64,000 nucleotides of DNA, from positions 8,802 to 72,801 of the forward strand of contig CAJFCJ010000055.1 in assembly GCA_904063045.1 (NCBI GenBank). The letters are read 5' to 3'. The position numbers were made by a program, and so were the translations under genes. Below are positions 49,944 through 62,503 of the stretch, piece after piece. The notes under the pieces were generated by a model. The model did not search any database and was not told the DNA's origin. It saw nothing but the letters and a program-made list of their open reading frames with translations. This DNA is from Dimorphilus gyrociliatus. Taxonomy: Eukaryota; Animalia; Annelida. Positions within the stretch are counted from its first letter, which is position 1. Every line of letters starts with the position of its first letter.

Positions 49944-52900
49944 TTACTGTCTCAAATTTCTCATTTCAACTTTATTTTTGATCAATTGTTGAAAATCACT
50001 TAATGAATATATCAATGGATTTAAAATTGAATTTAGTGGTAAAAATAATCCAATTATTATTGAGTAGAGTGTATTATTCAATTCAAAATTTGGTAGTATG
50101 GTTAATAAGCCTAAACACGAAATTGGTAGCCAACACATGAAATTGGTGATAATTATAAGTAGAGCAGCTGTAAAGATTTTATTCTTCTTTTCGGAATTAT
50201 TTGATTGTCTCTTTGACCTTTTTACAATTCTACTAATATCAACATACAATATTACAATTATACTACTGATTAACATTGGAAAAATGCTAAAGAGAATCAA
50301 ATCCGAAATCCAGCCATTACTCTTTTCATTTCTTATATAAATATTTAAGCAGATTGGTGTTATTTCAAATCTATTCTACAAAATAAATTAAAATTGACAA
50401 TTTTCAATTTTGACTGTCTGCCAAAAATTTTACATTACGAAGCAAGATTGGTATTATTGCTAGACAACTGCAAATAAAATGGACGCCAAAGCTACTGCAA
50501 TACTTTTTGATTTAATAAATGTTTTTGTAAAGAGATACTTAATTGTTTGCTGCCTTTCTAATGTTACAAGCAGTAGAGACACGGACGATTCAAGAAGAGA
50601 TAGTGTCATTACTATTTCAATAGCTTGACAGAAAGTACTATTGCGCCATCTGTTGTCATTTTCTACATAGATTTCTCTCAAGTTTAAATCTACAATAGCA
50701 ATTGCGAGAAAATAGAATGAAGTTAAACTATCGCTTAAGATTAATGATAATCTATAGGTGTTTAATGGACGCTTCTTTAAAGTTAATACAAATGATAAAC
50801 AATTTCCCATTAATCCAAAGATACCAAAAATCCAAAATAAAAATCTAATGAAATTAATACCAAGAATATTTGAACATGTAAAAAATATTGATGTAGAAGG
50901 TTGACAATAGATGTCGCCACCAATAAATTTCCATATATGACAACAGAGGAAAAATGATTCGCTAAATATTTTCTTTATTGAATACAAATTTTGAGCAAAT
51001 GGAAGAAAATATTTTGCAGGCAGTTTTGTTTCTTTTAAATGAAGTTCCAAAATGGCTGAAATATTTTTAAAAAATTGACGTTTTATACTAAATATTTTGC
51101 AATTGGAAATTTTTAATATTTGTAAATTTGGAAGATATTTCGAAGGAAGGTCAAGGACATTTAAATTATTTCCAGATATATCTAAATATCTTAGAAAAGG
51201 GCATGCAATTCTTTTTATATATTTAATAATATCAATGTTGTTGTAGGAGAGGTCAAGGTATTGAAGGAGTAGATTTACATTGATATCATCATTTTGACTA
51301 AGACTTCCACCTCTTCCTCTTGAAATGATTAAAAAAATAAGATTGGGAAATATATTTAAATTTCTTAATGGAAAATTTTCCAGATTTTCTACTATTTCTA
51401 AATATCTCAATTCTTTCATAGTCTTGGTATTATTTATTATAATATCACCAATTATTCTTATCTTCTTTATCTGTTCATTCAAATTTAAAATATTCGAAAT
51501 TTTTCTATCATTTTCAACTGCAATTTTGCAGTTCAATTCGAACATTGACAATTGACTTGTCATTTCACAAAGGGGATTATGAGTAAAAGTTGTTTTTATG
51601 CAAAAAATTTCATCGCTACCGTACTGACAGTCAAAGATTTCATTACAAACTTTTGTTAATAATATAAATTTAGGTTGTTTTTTGCATTTGAAAAATCCTC
51701 TAGGCATAAAAGATTCTATGTGAGAAGTAATAGATAGATAGATTGATTGAATGATCACGTGACACATCAACTACCACAATTTAATTCATCCTCATTGTTT
51801 AAGCAATGATTAATACCATCGCAAACAAGTTCAATTTGAATACAGAATTTTCTCTTCTGACATAAATATTCACCTGGTTGGCAGTTTTCTCTTTGACAAT
51901 CAACCAATTCTCCATTTAAAACTTGACTATTACTTTCCAAATGACCCATGGAATTATAATTTATTGAACAATTTCCAAGTTTAATCTCTTTAAAACAATT
52001 TTCATATTTCTCATTTTCAACTGTTTCGCAATCGTCATTATATTTGCATAAATTATGTTTTAATATACAAGTTTTAGAGCAGTGATATTGAAAGTCATTT
52101 CTACATTCTAACAGAAAAATAATTTTGAATTTTTAAATGTTTGAATTTAATTGTTTACTATTTTTAAAAAATTTGTCAATTGAATTTTCATTGCCACATA
52201 TTTCATCTGACCAATCAGCGCAGTTTCTTTCAGAATCACAAACATATTTGTCCTTTATGCATTGACGATTTTTACATTCTCTTGAAAGAATTGGAATACA
52301 TCATATCAACATTTCTCATTTTTATTGGTATTGTTTTTTACCTTTCATTGCTTGAATTACAAACATTTGTTTCTTTTTTTTGAATAAATTTAAGAAAACA
52401 TCTGTTAATGTTACAAAAAATAGAATGTAGGCTTATATACCGCAATGAATTTCATCAAATCCATTTGGACAATCTTGAATAAAATCACAAACTAATGTAT
52501 AACTAATTGATATATTAGTATTGTATGGAAAACAGTAAAATTGTTGCTGTTGTTGCTGCTGATTAGTATTATCATTTTTGCATATTTCATCAGATTCATC
52601 TTCGCCGAATGGACAATCCATTTCTCCATTACAAATATATAAAATATTTATGTATATTTTGCCTTTTAAACAATAAAAACTGTTTAAAGGAACAGTTATA
52701 TTCCAATCTTGGTATTTGAAGGTCAAATCCAATTTTGAGGTGAAATTTATTGTATTATCATCTGAAATTATTAAAATATGATAATTTAGAGGAATTTTCG
52801 GGTAAGTTTAATACAAGAATCTCCTACTAATTATTTTTTGGCAGGTATAGATAGTACTCAATATTTCTGAACATTTTCTCTTTGATATTTCCCATACTTT

Positions 52901-53684
52901 AAAAGAAAAAAAAACACATACACCAAACAAATAACTGTACTGATGTGTCATTACGCAATAAATTACCATATTTTAAATCTTTGCCTGAAGCAAAAGATTG
53001 CTAAAGAAAATGTAAACTCGACTGATTACATAATGAAATAGAATAAGTGTTTTTTTAACAAACTCCTTCAAATTCCATGCAATCGCCTTTTTTTCCATTT
53101 AAAAATTTCAACTTTAAAGCGTATTCCTGTAAATAGCGCCCTCTATCTTTCTCCGACAAAGAAGAGGAACTAATAAAAGAATTCTATGAAAATGAGAAAA
53201 TTTTTATTTTTATCTTATTAATTAAAAATATTATTATTTTACAAAATTAGGCCTATGTGGACTAAACTTTGGATAAAATGAAAAAGGTAAATTTGTCAAT
53301 GTAGTATCAATAATTTTCCCATCCTTTTCCTTTGTATTTAAAACTATACCGGAAGTAGTGTTAAGTATATTAATTATATATATAGAAAAATATTTTCATA
53401 CAATTATATAATAGAAAAGGATCAAATAAATTTTGTTCCATTAAAGAAAATTGAACATGACTGAATGTAAACATTAAATTTTCAATGAAATTTGTTGATG
53501 GAAAATCAGCTAAATTCATATTTTTTCTTTCACATTCTTCTTTCATTTCATAAATATTTAATTGTATTTTATTAATAAAAATAAAATAGCATATATTGTC
53601 AAAAAAGAATGAGATTTTTTCACCGGAAGTAGCATTACCCTTACAAATATTGCTTTGAATAATGTTTGAACAATTTATAAACAT
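49944..53684 (-). CDS. GRL101-like leucine-rich GPCR: C-type-lectin-like segment, LDLa repeats, LRRs, 7TM (multi-exon; one -1 frameshift at about 50477)
   Basis: LDLa motifs (CNGEMDCPFGEDE, CDFIQDCPNGFDE, CDSERNCADWSDE, CDGINHCLNNEDE); LQYLDLSYNNI LRRs; FLCCH..CQP..CSNI hinge; TLER, NFMCWLP, LNSILNPLIYS; short GT-AG introns at LDLa boundaries. Confidence 0.88.
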
Positions 53685-53761
53685 TTTATAAGGAAATCTA
53701 AATTTGAAAAAGAGATTGACAAACTAGACAAACTAATTTAGTTTGTCAAAAAAATAATAAC

Positions 53762-54771
53762 TTACTGTATCATAGAAGATTTTGAATTCATTCTATGATG
53801 ACAATACCTTATGTCTGATATACTTCTATTGTTTTTACAATTCAATGAGACCAATGATGGTCTTTCCAATAATTGAGATTTTAAATTATTTGGAGTTATA
53901 CTAAAATATTTAAAATTAAAACTTTTACAAATAATTCTTGTTTGTTGAATATCAATATGATTGAAATAATAAATATTCTCCTTTTTAAATATTACCAATT
54001 CTCCATAGAAATAATTTAAAAAGTGCTCTTGAAATGGAAATAGGATTATGTTATTGTAAAATAATCCAAAAAATGTTTCTTTTTTAAATGAAAAATGGAA
54101 ATTTCAATACAAAATTACAAATGAAAAAATATTCTATACTTTCTTCAATTTTATAAACGTTTAAAATATGTAAATTTCTTCCACTTTTTAATAACTCACT
54201 TCGACAATTCGTAATTTTTGAGTGGTAATCGCAAAGGAACACTCTATCGCTCTTAAAAAACAAAATGGCGGTGATCATTGTGGAGAATATAGTATCTTAC
54301 AGAGTTCCCTAATTTTATAAAGTTTACCTTGTAATATATCATTTCCACTTGGCAGTACTTCTTTCGAAAGAAACCTCCAATTGCTCGATGAGCACTTTTA
54401 CAAATTGTATTGGCATTGGTGATTTGATTAAAAAATGGTGGTAAAACACCAAAGGTTTTCGAAACGAACATATATCTAGCATAGTTTTTAAACATTTTTA
54501 AATATGCATGACTTTTCATTTGGCTTCGTCCAATTGATTGATAAGAGACATCCGGTGAATTTGAACAGTTCATTATCATTTGAAATCTAGTATCGTAACG
54601 TTTCAGATGTTTAATTTTTATTCTACTGTTTAAATAAACAGATTGTTCTTTTGAAATATTTAATTTTTTATTAAGCATAAACTCTTCCAAAGAATATTCA
54701 AAATCACTGCAAAATAGTGCCTTTCTCCTATAATCTCCAACAATTGGATAAATTAGCTTTGGAGTTTTCAA
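53762..54771 (-). CDS. Probable 5' exons of the GRL101-like gene: SKTFGVLPP-motif exon and SRCR-like exon
   Basis: Same strand, directly upstream; TRIICKSFNF..LVSLNCKNNRSISDIRYCH resembles the SRCR B-C region; linkage to the receptor is inferred. Confidence 0.45.
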
Positions 54772-55014
54772 ATATAGATTGTCAATGAAATTTTTTCCTT
54801 TTATAGAAATGATATCTACTCAAAAAACGAAAAAATAAGAAAACAGTTTAAAGAGAGGGAAGATAATTTTTTTTATGTTCTTTACAAGATTTTGATTTGT
54901 TATAACATTTCAAACATAATCCACTTTCTCTTTTAACAAATTTTAACAATTCACTAAAAAAAATCATAGAATCACGTGATCATTAATACAAAAATTTTGT
55001 TTTTGTTTTTATTT

Positions 55015-55416
55015 TTACAGTTTACAGCAGCTTTTAACAGTAAATTGAAAATTTGAATCAAATGTTAAATTAGAGTTCTTTTTGTCCATATTCACATTCT
55101 TATTTCTGTTGTTCATCTTTCTCATCTCTTTCTTTACATGGTCAATTCTACAAGGATAGGAGACTGAAAGAATTGAATCATAATCGTTAATTTCACATAA
55201 TTTATTACTCTGAGTAATATTTAATTTTTGATATAAAATATGATAATTTTTTTTATTTTCATCAATTAAATTTAACAATCCTTGAACAAAATTTGTCCTT
55301 TTTTCAAACAATTCAATATTCAATTGTTTTTCAACAACTGTTGAAAAATTCAAAACAAAATTTCCAATTATTTTCTGAATAAGAATTAAAATTTTACAAA
55401 ATTCCACTTTGTTCAT
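55015..55416 (-). CDS. Unassigned ORF, 133 aa
   Basis: Open frame in AT-rich DNA with no recognisable motif. Confidence 0.2.
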   Translation of the reverse strand: MNKVEFCKILILIQKIIGNFVLNFSTVVEKQLNIELFEKRTNFVQGLLNLIDENKKNYHILYQKLNITQSNKLCEINDYDSILSVSYPCRIDHVKKEMRKMNNRNKNVNMDKKNSNLTFDSNFQFTVKSCCKL

Positions 55417-55840
55417 TATTTAATTCCTTTTTCCTTTTTTTTATGACATTCTTCTGCCATTTTCCACATTTATAAACCTTTTTATTTTGTAGGTAATTAA
55501 CATTTTAAAAATTCATATTTAGCATTTTGAAAAAAGGTTAAATGTTATCTTCTTACAAAATTCAAAACTTGAAAATGAATGTACTACAACTTCTATAATT
55601 AGTCAAATTTGATAATGAAATATCACTAAATACAACAGCAAGAACAAAATTAGGTTAAAAATGAATGATTGATGGATGAGATGGAATATTGTGTTATGAA
55701 TTCTCTCATCATCTATCCTTCTTTTAAGTTGTTAATGGATAACTGCTAAATTTTTAATCAGAATTTTCTTATTAATCAAACTGTATTATATTGCTTTTTA
55801 AGCCTTCACTGATTATTAAAAACTAGAATATCATCAATTC

Positions 55841-56761
55841 TTAATTGACTTTTTTGCAAGTGAACTTTTTCAAGAGATTTAAATAGAATTTCTTAGTTTG
55901 ATGTCTTATTGATGCTTTTGTGTAGCCATGAACTAATGGATTGATTGTTGAATTTGAAACAACAATTGCTCTAAATGAATCCCTGAGTAATACAAAATCC
56001 GACTCGGAGAGAGAGAATGTTTGCTGTCTTCTATGATAAGTTATTATTGTGATAAGAGTAGGTATAATCCATAAAAAACAATTGAATATTATCAAAAATG
56101 TTAAAACTCTTATATTTCTTCCTTCATTTTTCAAGTTTTCTGCATTTGTTACATCAGAAATTGCTTTTCTTTGTTTTCTTATTGCTCTGAGAATTGGAAT
56201 AAATAATAATAAACTGGTAATAGCATTTGGTAAAACAGTGCTAAATGACCAAAAATACATATAAGCAAATGAAAAAATATTATTAGTATTACAATAGAAA
56301 GCGGATTTTTGTTTTAAAGCAATTTCATATTTGTTCCAACCCAAAACCGGAAATGAACATATAATAAAAGAGATAGACCATATAAAAGAAAGTAGGATAA
56401 ATGCATTCCTAGTTGTCCAGAGTCTGTGGAATTTTAAAGGCTTTACAACAGCCAAATATTTTTCTAATGTTATTAAAGTTAATGTGAAAGATGATATTGA
56501 AATTATTAGAAAAATTGATTGATTAAAAATGAGGCAACTGTAAAATTTTGTCTGTTTTTCATGAAGGAGAAAGAAACATAATAGGCTTATTGAATATAAA
56601 ATATCTGTAAATGTTAGTGCAGTTACACCAAAATTATGTAATTTCCATAAATCTTTGTTAATTATACCAATAATAATTAAATTGCTGTTTAAGCATAATC
56701 CAATAACTTGATTTATACATGAAACTAATAATATTAACTGTTTGGCAGAGATCATTTTCAT
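55841..56761 (-). CDS. Intronless class A GPCR, 306 aa, paralog of 47098-48021
   Basis: Shares NFGVTALTFTDILYSIS, SSFTLTLIT(F/L)EK, PNAIT, SNSTINPL(I/V)HGYTK with the first copy. Confidence 0.92.
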   Translation of the reverse strand: MKMISAKQLILLVSCINQVIGLCLNSNLIIIGIINKDLWKLHNFGVTALTFTDILYSISLLCFFLLHEKQTKFYSCLIFNQSIFLIISISSFTLTLITLEKYLAVVKPLKFHRLWTTRNAFILLSFIWSISFIICSFPVLGWNKYEIALKQKSAFYCNTNNIFSFAYMYFWSFSTVLPNAITSLLLFIPILRAIRKQRKAISDVTNAENLKNEGRNIRVLTFLIIFNCFLWIIPTLITIITYHRRQQTFSLSESDFVLLRDSFRAIVVSNSTINPLVHGYTKASIRHQTKKFYLNLLKKFTCKKVN

Positions 56762-57129
56762 TTAAATACAGAAACTCCTTTCAGTAGACAATAAAACTTG
56801 TTCAGTAATTAGAAAATTCTTAACACTGTACAAAGTATATATGATCTGATGAGTCATATATCATAAATATTATTTCTAACACAAATAAATAACTTTTATG
56901 TCTTCATTTATTATTTATGAATTTATATATAAACTATTAGAAATATTATTATTGATCAATCTTGTTTCAGCAAAGTAATTTTCTTGTTTGTTAATCCTTT
57001 GTAGTGTTAAAAATTAATATAATAAAATAGCTTTGAAAACAACAATTAAAACATTTTTACATTACCTCTAATGAGTGAAAATAGAAAAGGATATTGGTTT
57101 TTGCTTATATTATGTTTAAGCCTTGCTTC

Positions 57130-57585
57130 TTTCCTCATCTGCTTCTTAGCAATTCTCATGTGTAATGTAAAATAGATTCCTTCATGAGCAATCCTAAATT
57201 CTCTGGCTGGAAACCTGAGTGAAATTGTACCTTTTTGAATCAAAAAGAAAGTACTTCCAATACTGGGCATATGGTACAATGGAGAATTTAAGATTACTCA
57301 AGTTAATTTGAAAAAAATCACCTATAATGAGTATAAAACAAATAAGCTTTTCTACAAAACAATTCAAACCCACTAAATCCTGCAAGGAACCAACAAATGA
57401 AAGACGAAACATATGTGTACTATTCTGAAAGAGGATGCAGATTTCACACTGTGTCTGCAAAATCAATGCAGTTGAATATCCACAATCACCTTTTTGAACC
57501 AAACATTGAAATTTCTAGGTTAGCTAACCTACTCCACCAAGGCGTAAAGAAAGATATTGGATACCAACACTCAACAAAGGAAGGC
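57130..57585. pseudogene. env: Third env remnant (plus-strand piece 57397-57560; possibly an inverted piece at 57130-57280)
   Basis: YVYYSERGCRFHTVSAKSMQLNIHNHLFEPNIEISRLANLLHQGVKKDIG aligns with CIYYTKNGCKFQAAASRSIRMKISNGIEEPKLEVARLTELLQLGIKDDVG (13.9-14.1 kb). Confidence 0.7.
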
Positions 57586-57734
57586 AGTTTAGTAATTTGT
57601 CAACCTGCTATTACGAACTATCTCCTCTGCTATTGAACTTTAATATGGTGTTTTACTTAATTATTTTACATCAAATAAACTATTTAAAATTAAACATTTG
57701 TTTAACAGTTCGAGTAGAACCAGTACTGTTGTAC

Positions 57735-58095
57735 CCTGCAAAAGTATCTGGAATAAAAGTTTTATTAAGAGTGAAGTATAAGCCATCTAGTTTATTAGAA
57801 TTAAATTGCTGTCTTGTTCTATTAATAAGTCTACAACAGCTATCAATAGATGGAATAGCAAAATTTGATTTTGGAACTTCACTGTGAACATTTTCAGATA
57901 AAAATTTTCCTGATGTCATTTTATCATTCTGATCACTTTCTTTTAATTTGTGTTTTATTCTTATTTCCATTTCAAGGTTATAATTTCTCTCATGAATATG
58001 ATCCCTTTTGCCAAGGATAAAACAATTATCTCTTTGGGAAACTCTTGCAGGACACTTCATGGATTTGTTTCTGACATTATATGTCCATTTAACTA
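57735..58095 (-). pseudogene. FLYWCH-MULE fragment closely related to 3.8-4.2 kb
   Basis: KWT..VRNKSMKCPARVSQRDNCFILGKRDHIHERNYNLEMEIRIKHKLKE is nearly identical to the 3286-4155 ORF. Confidence 0.88.
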
Positions 58096-58103
58096 ATGTT
58101 TTC

Positions 58104-58306
58104 TGTCATTAAAAACAGCCATAGCTGAAATTTTTGAAAGCTAGATTTCAAGGTGGGAAATGATTAAGAGGAAAAAGATAACTATTGATATGTTCTTAGG
58201 GGAGTTCCATCTAAGGGTTAGTGGCATTTAAAAAGCTTAGACAAAAATAGGGGTAGATTAGGGTTAGGGTAAAATCATAGATTTATGGCCATTTTCTACC
58301 ACATCT
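58104..58306 (+). mobile_element. Diverged telomere-like MITE
   Basis: ccatctaagggttag..gattagggttagggtaaaatcatagatttatggccattttctacc layout matches the other copies. Confidence 0.6.
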
Positions 58307-58942
58307 GTTTTGACTTATAGTAGAACAGATACACAATATGTCTAATGTCAATCTAACTATACTTTTCATACTTCTGTATTTATGGACTTTTTTCTCTTTC
58401 TTTTATTAAACATATTAGAGAGGATAGAATAGAAAGAGAATATGAAAATATAAATGTTTAGCATAATTGTAAGATGTGCATTTCTAAGCTAAACAGTTTG
58501 GATTCTGACTGATAAGAGTTTGGTGAATTTTTAAATTAAAACTCTATTAGTCTTCATTGCAATTTATTAGTAGATTAAACACGTACAACACTTAAATATC
58601 TTTACAAATCTTCTTAGACATTAAATTCTTTTGGATTTGTATTTTTTGTATTTTCAAACATATGGATCAATTTTGAATAAATTTTCTGAATTATGATGAT
58701 TAATTTTCTTTTGATAATCTTTTGATTTGCAAGTAGTCAATACTATATCAAATAGTTCTAAATCTCCATTAGAATCCCATGAAATAGCCAATTTTTCCAA
58801 AGCTGTTATTCTATTATATAATTCTAAAAAAATAATTCAGTAGTATAATATACTTAAATTAGATTATAAAAAAAATAAACCTTGAAATTTACACTCATTA
58901 TATACACTACATGTATTTTCTATTTTGTTAACATCAAAATCA

Positions 58943-61900
58943 TCAGCATTCTTTGAAAATAATTTCTTTAAATTTTTTTGTAATATATTGAAAAACTTGA
59001 TGATCTTCTGGTAAAACAGTTGGATCAAGTTTTACAGCATTTAAAAATTCATTTAATGTTGTAATAAAAATATTTAATACTAAATATGTCATTACTGATG
59101 CATATGAAATTATATAAATTTTTCCCATAAATCCTCCATTATCAGATAATATATCAAAATCCAAATGTCCAAAAATGGTTACAATTAATGCATAGCAAGT
59201 AAATTTGAAATTTTTATAATTGTTTATATATCTACCAAAAATAATGTAACCCCAACAAGCATAGCCAATAAAAACAATACAAGTGCAAAATCCAATTGCT
59301 ATTAAATCTTTGCCTGATTTTTTTTAAAGTATTTACAAGAATTGAAATTGTTCTTGATATTTTTAGTAAACTCAGTACATGAAGTTCGCCAAAAAATCCA
59401 CTAAATGCTGCAAACATCATAAAATAGCTGTGAATGTTAAAGAGTGTTGATAAATTTATATATTCATTTCTAGAATTCATAACATTCTCAACAACTTTTA
59501 CACCAATTATTGTCCTCCATATATATAGTAGAACAGCACAAAGAAAACATACCAATGAGATTATTAGAAGAATACCAGGGAGTTTTGAATATTTCATAAA
59601 AGAATAAAAGCATAAAATAACTAATATAAGCCACACAAATATAGATATAATTTCAAATATAAGAGAAATTAATCCACCAAACCCAGTATATCTATAAAGT
59701 TGTAGTGAATCACTCCGAACAGTTACAATCACACCACCAACTGGTTTAAGTTCAAATTTCCATGTTGCCTGTGAAACAATTTCTTGATTCATAATTGTTA
59801 AATCTAATTGAACAAAACGGGTTTGTCGATCCAGCCAACCATATTTTTTCAAATGGTGTATAATTTCCATTGCATTATTTGCTTCTTGACCTTATGAAAT
59901 TGAATAACCTTTATGTTTTTCAGAATAAATGAAAGCATCATGAGTTGTATTCAAGTTAAACTCATTCCAATAAGTTGAAAAATTCATTTTAAGCTCATCA
60001 TTAATTGAATAATAACCAAAACAACTATGATTTAAAAAATAGTTTTTCAAATTTGTAGCTGCAATTTGGCAGTTTTGTCTTTTGACTCTCCTTTGAAAGA
60101 GTCTAACAACTGAAAATCTCATATGGTTCATTTCTCTTGTATGTTTAAGATCATACTTTGATAAATTCCTATCGTTATAATAAGTTTTTGGATAAATTTC
60201 TGGTATGGCATAGGTTACCATCCAATTCCAAAATTTTTCATAATTATTTACTTTGTTAATGTTTGGTATTGTATTGCAAATTGATTTATTCTGATAATAA
60301 GCCATAGGATTTTGATTGTTGTAGCATATGAACAGAGCAAATATTAAATAGACTACATGTAAAAAGATATTCTTTATCATATGATGCATTTTATCTTTCA
60401 GAATTTTGTCATTTTTTAAAGTATGAGTCTTATCCAATGCTTTCTTCAATCTCTCATGAATATTCAATTCTGTTAAAAATATTTTGAAATTATTTTAAAG
60501 TGTTTTTGTATCAATTCACTTACCTAAAGGAATGTGAGATAAATTTTCCATTTTTAATTTTTTCATATCTTTAATGTTTTGTTCATATTCAGTAAGATTT
60601 GTGTCTTTTTTAAACAAAATTGTTACTAAAAATGCAACAAGTATTACTTTGATTGGCTGAACAAAGATAATACTCTGTACAAATGACAAAATAAATGACA
60701 TCAACCATTTTAATGATTTCTCTTTTCCCCATTGGATTGAATATAAAATTGTAAAGAATGCTGCTGTTAATGCTGCAAGAAATGCTATAATCCATCCCAA
60801 TGGAATGGTGTACTTCCGCCATCTTTTTGAATTGAACAGCAATGTTATCAGAAGCAAACCAGGGAATACAACAATACTACTGGCCAAACCTACATATAGT
60901 TCATACATTGTGAATGTAACTGGTCCCAATGTTAATCCAAGTTTAGCATCAGTCTCTTTAGAATTTCTATAGAACATACAACTTGCAATCATTGATAAGA
61001 ATAGAGCAACAAAGCAAACTGATAATCTTTGTAGTCTTGTAAATTTTGATTTTGTTCTTCTTGTCCCAACAGATAACCATAAATGATCATCCATCAATTT
61101 TGTTTTAATTCCCTTTAAAAATTGTTCATCCATATCTGGTTTAGTTGCAACAAGAACTCTTTCTATTTGACAATCTAAATGTGTAGGAGATAGCCACTGA
61201 TCACAATCAAAATGATACCAAGAATTTTTTATAGATTTATCAATAATAATTATTCTTGATAAGAACCAAGGATCATATTCTTTTAATTCTAAGTTGATAT
61301 TCTCAAGAGATATTTTTATACATATAATTGATCCAATACTATTAGAAGTTGTCATTATAAATGATCTAGTTGATCCAGCTTCAAAAGAAACTACACTTTC
61401 TGAAATAAGACTTCGATTTTCTTATTGGATTTGGTTCCATAGCATGCCAAGTTTACTCTGGAATTTGTTCCACCATCTTTCTTATTTCCAGTGTAAACAT
61501 GTATAACATATTCATATTTATCATCTTTATGATTGTCCAATAGTGGTAATGGTGTCCACAGTAATCTATCCCTTTTGTCTAATCTTTTTTACTAGTAATG
61601 CAAAGGGAATGAAAAGAGCAAACAATGAACAAACTGTTCCAAATACAGCAGCATTGTCTGCTAATTTACTTGCAAAATCATCAAATACTGTTTCAAAATT
61701 AATGAGATTTGGTGCTAAATCTAATCCAGCTCCCAAACTTCCAAATAGATTACTTGTAAATTTTGCTTTTGATACTGTTGTCTCTTTATCAATTGAATTT
61801 CAAATGAAACAATATGATATAATAATTCCAATTCAATAAAACGTTAAAGACATAGTTAATTGATTGATAAATTGTTTCTTATTCTTTTTTTTACCATCTA

Positions 61901-62503
61901 ATATTCCATAAAATTCAAATACTACTCCTGGACTGGAATAAAATCCATGGATATAAAAACGGAGGTATTTAGCCCTTATAGGCTTATCAAATAGGGTTTG
62001 AATGGGAATAAATGTAACTCGTTCATTTGAAGCTTGAAAAACTATAATATTACCATCACTACCTCTTAATTTATCATCTAATGAGTCATAATTATATCCA
62101 ACTGCTAATGTGAATGATTCTACATAACCTGCCATCTCAGGGCTAGGAGCTAAACTTAGCCCATATAATTGGATTGGTAATGGCCATGTTACACCAAACC
62201 AATTTTCCCTTGAAGTTGCATAAAAACAGCTGCGTTCAAAAGAAAACTCTTTCATTTAAAAGAAAAGGCTCCAAAATGATTGTCATGTCTAAAATTTCCA
62301 TATCTGCCTTCAGAAGGTTTTGATGAACTAGCAGTGCTTGAAGCTGAAAAGCTGGAATCAGGCAGTTGGTCAATAATGTTATTTTGCATTGCACAAGTAT
62401 CAGATTCGCATTCAAATTGATAATGTCTAAAATGTGTGTTAAAGTTTAATTCTGGAAAGTTGTCGGCATACAATTTATCTATATGAAAATGACATCTTGC
62501 CAA
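58943..62503 (-). pseudogene. Polycystin-1-like (PKD1L) gene: F5/8-type-C domain, TM1, PLAT, TM2-5, polycystin (TOP) domain, channel TMs; several disablements
   Basis: KPIRAKYLRF (F5/8C); LAPNLINFETVFDDFASKLADNAAVFGTV; HVYTG..GGTNSRV and PWFLSRIII..FDCDQWL (PLAT); DDHLWLSV..FTRLQRLS; GWLDRQTRFVQLD. In-frame TAA at about 59892; frameshifts near 61420 and 59315. Confidence 0.85.

Noticed and set aside
57680-58060. 126-aa ORF as a gene
   Set aside because: Chimera of a MULE fragment reading into repeat family D.
61294-61839. Plus-strand ORFs 61294-61506 and 61543-61839
   Set aside because: The minus strand here encodes recognisable PKD1L TM1 and PLAT sequence.
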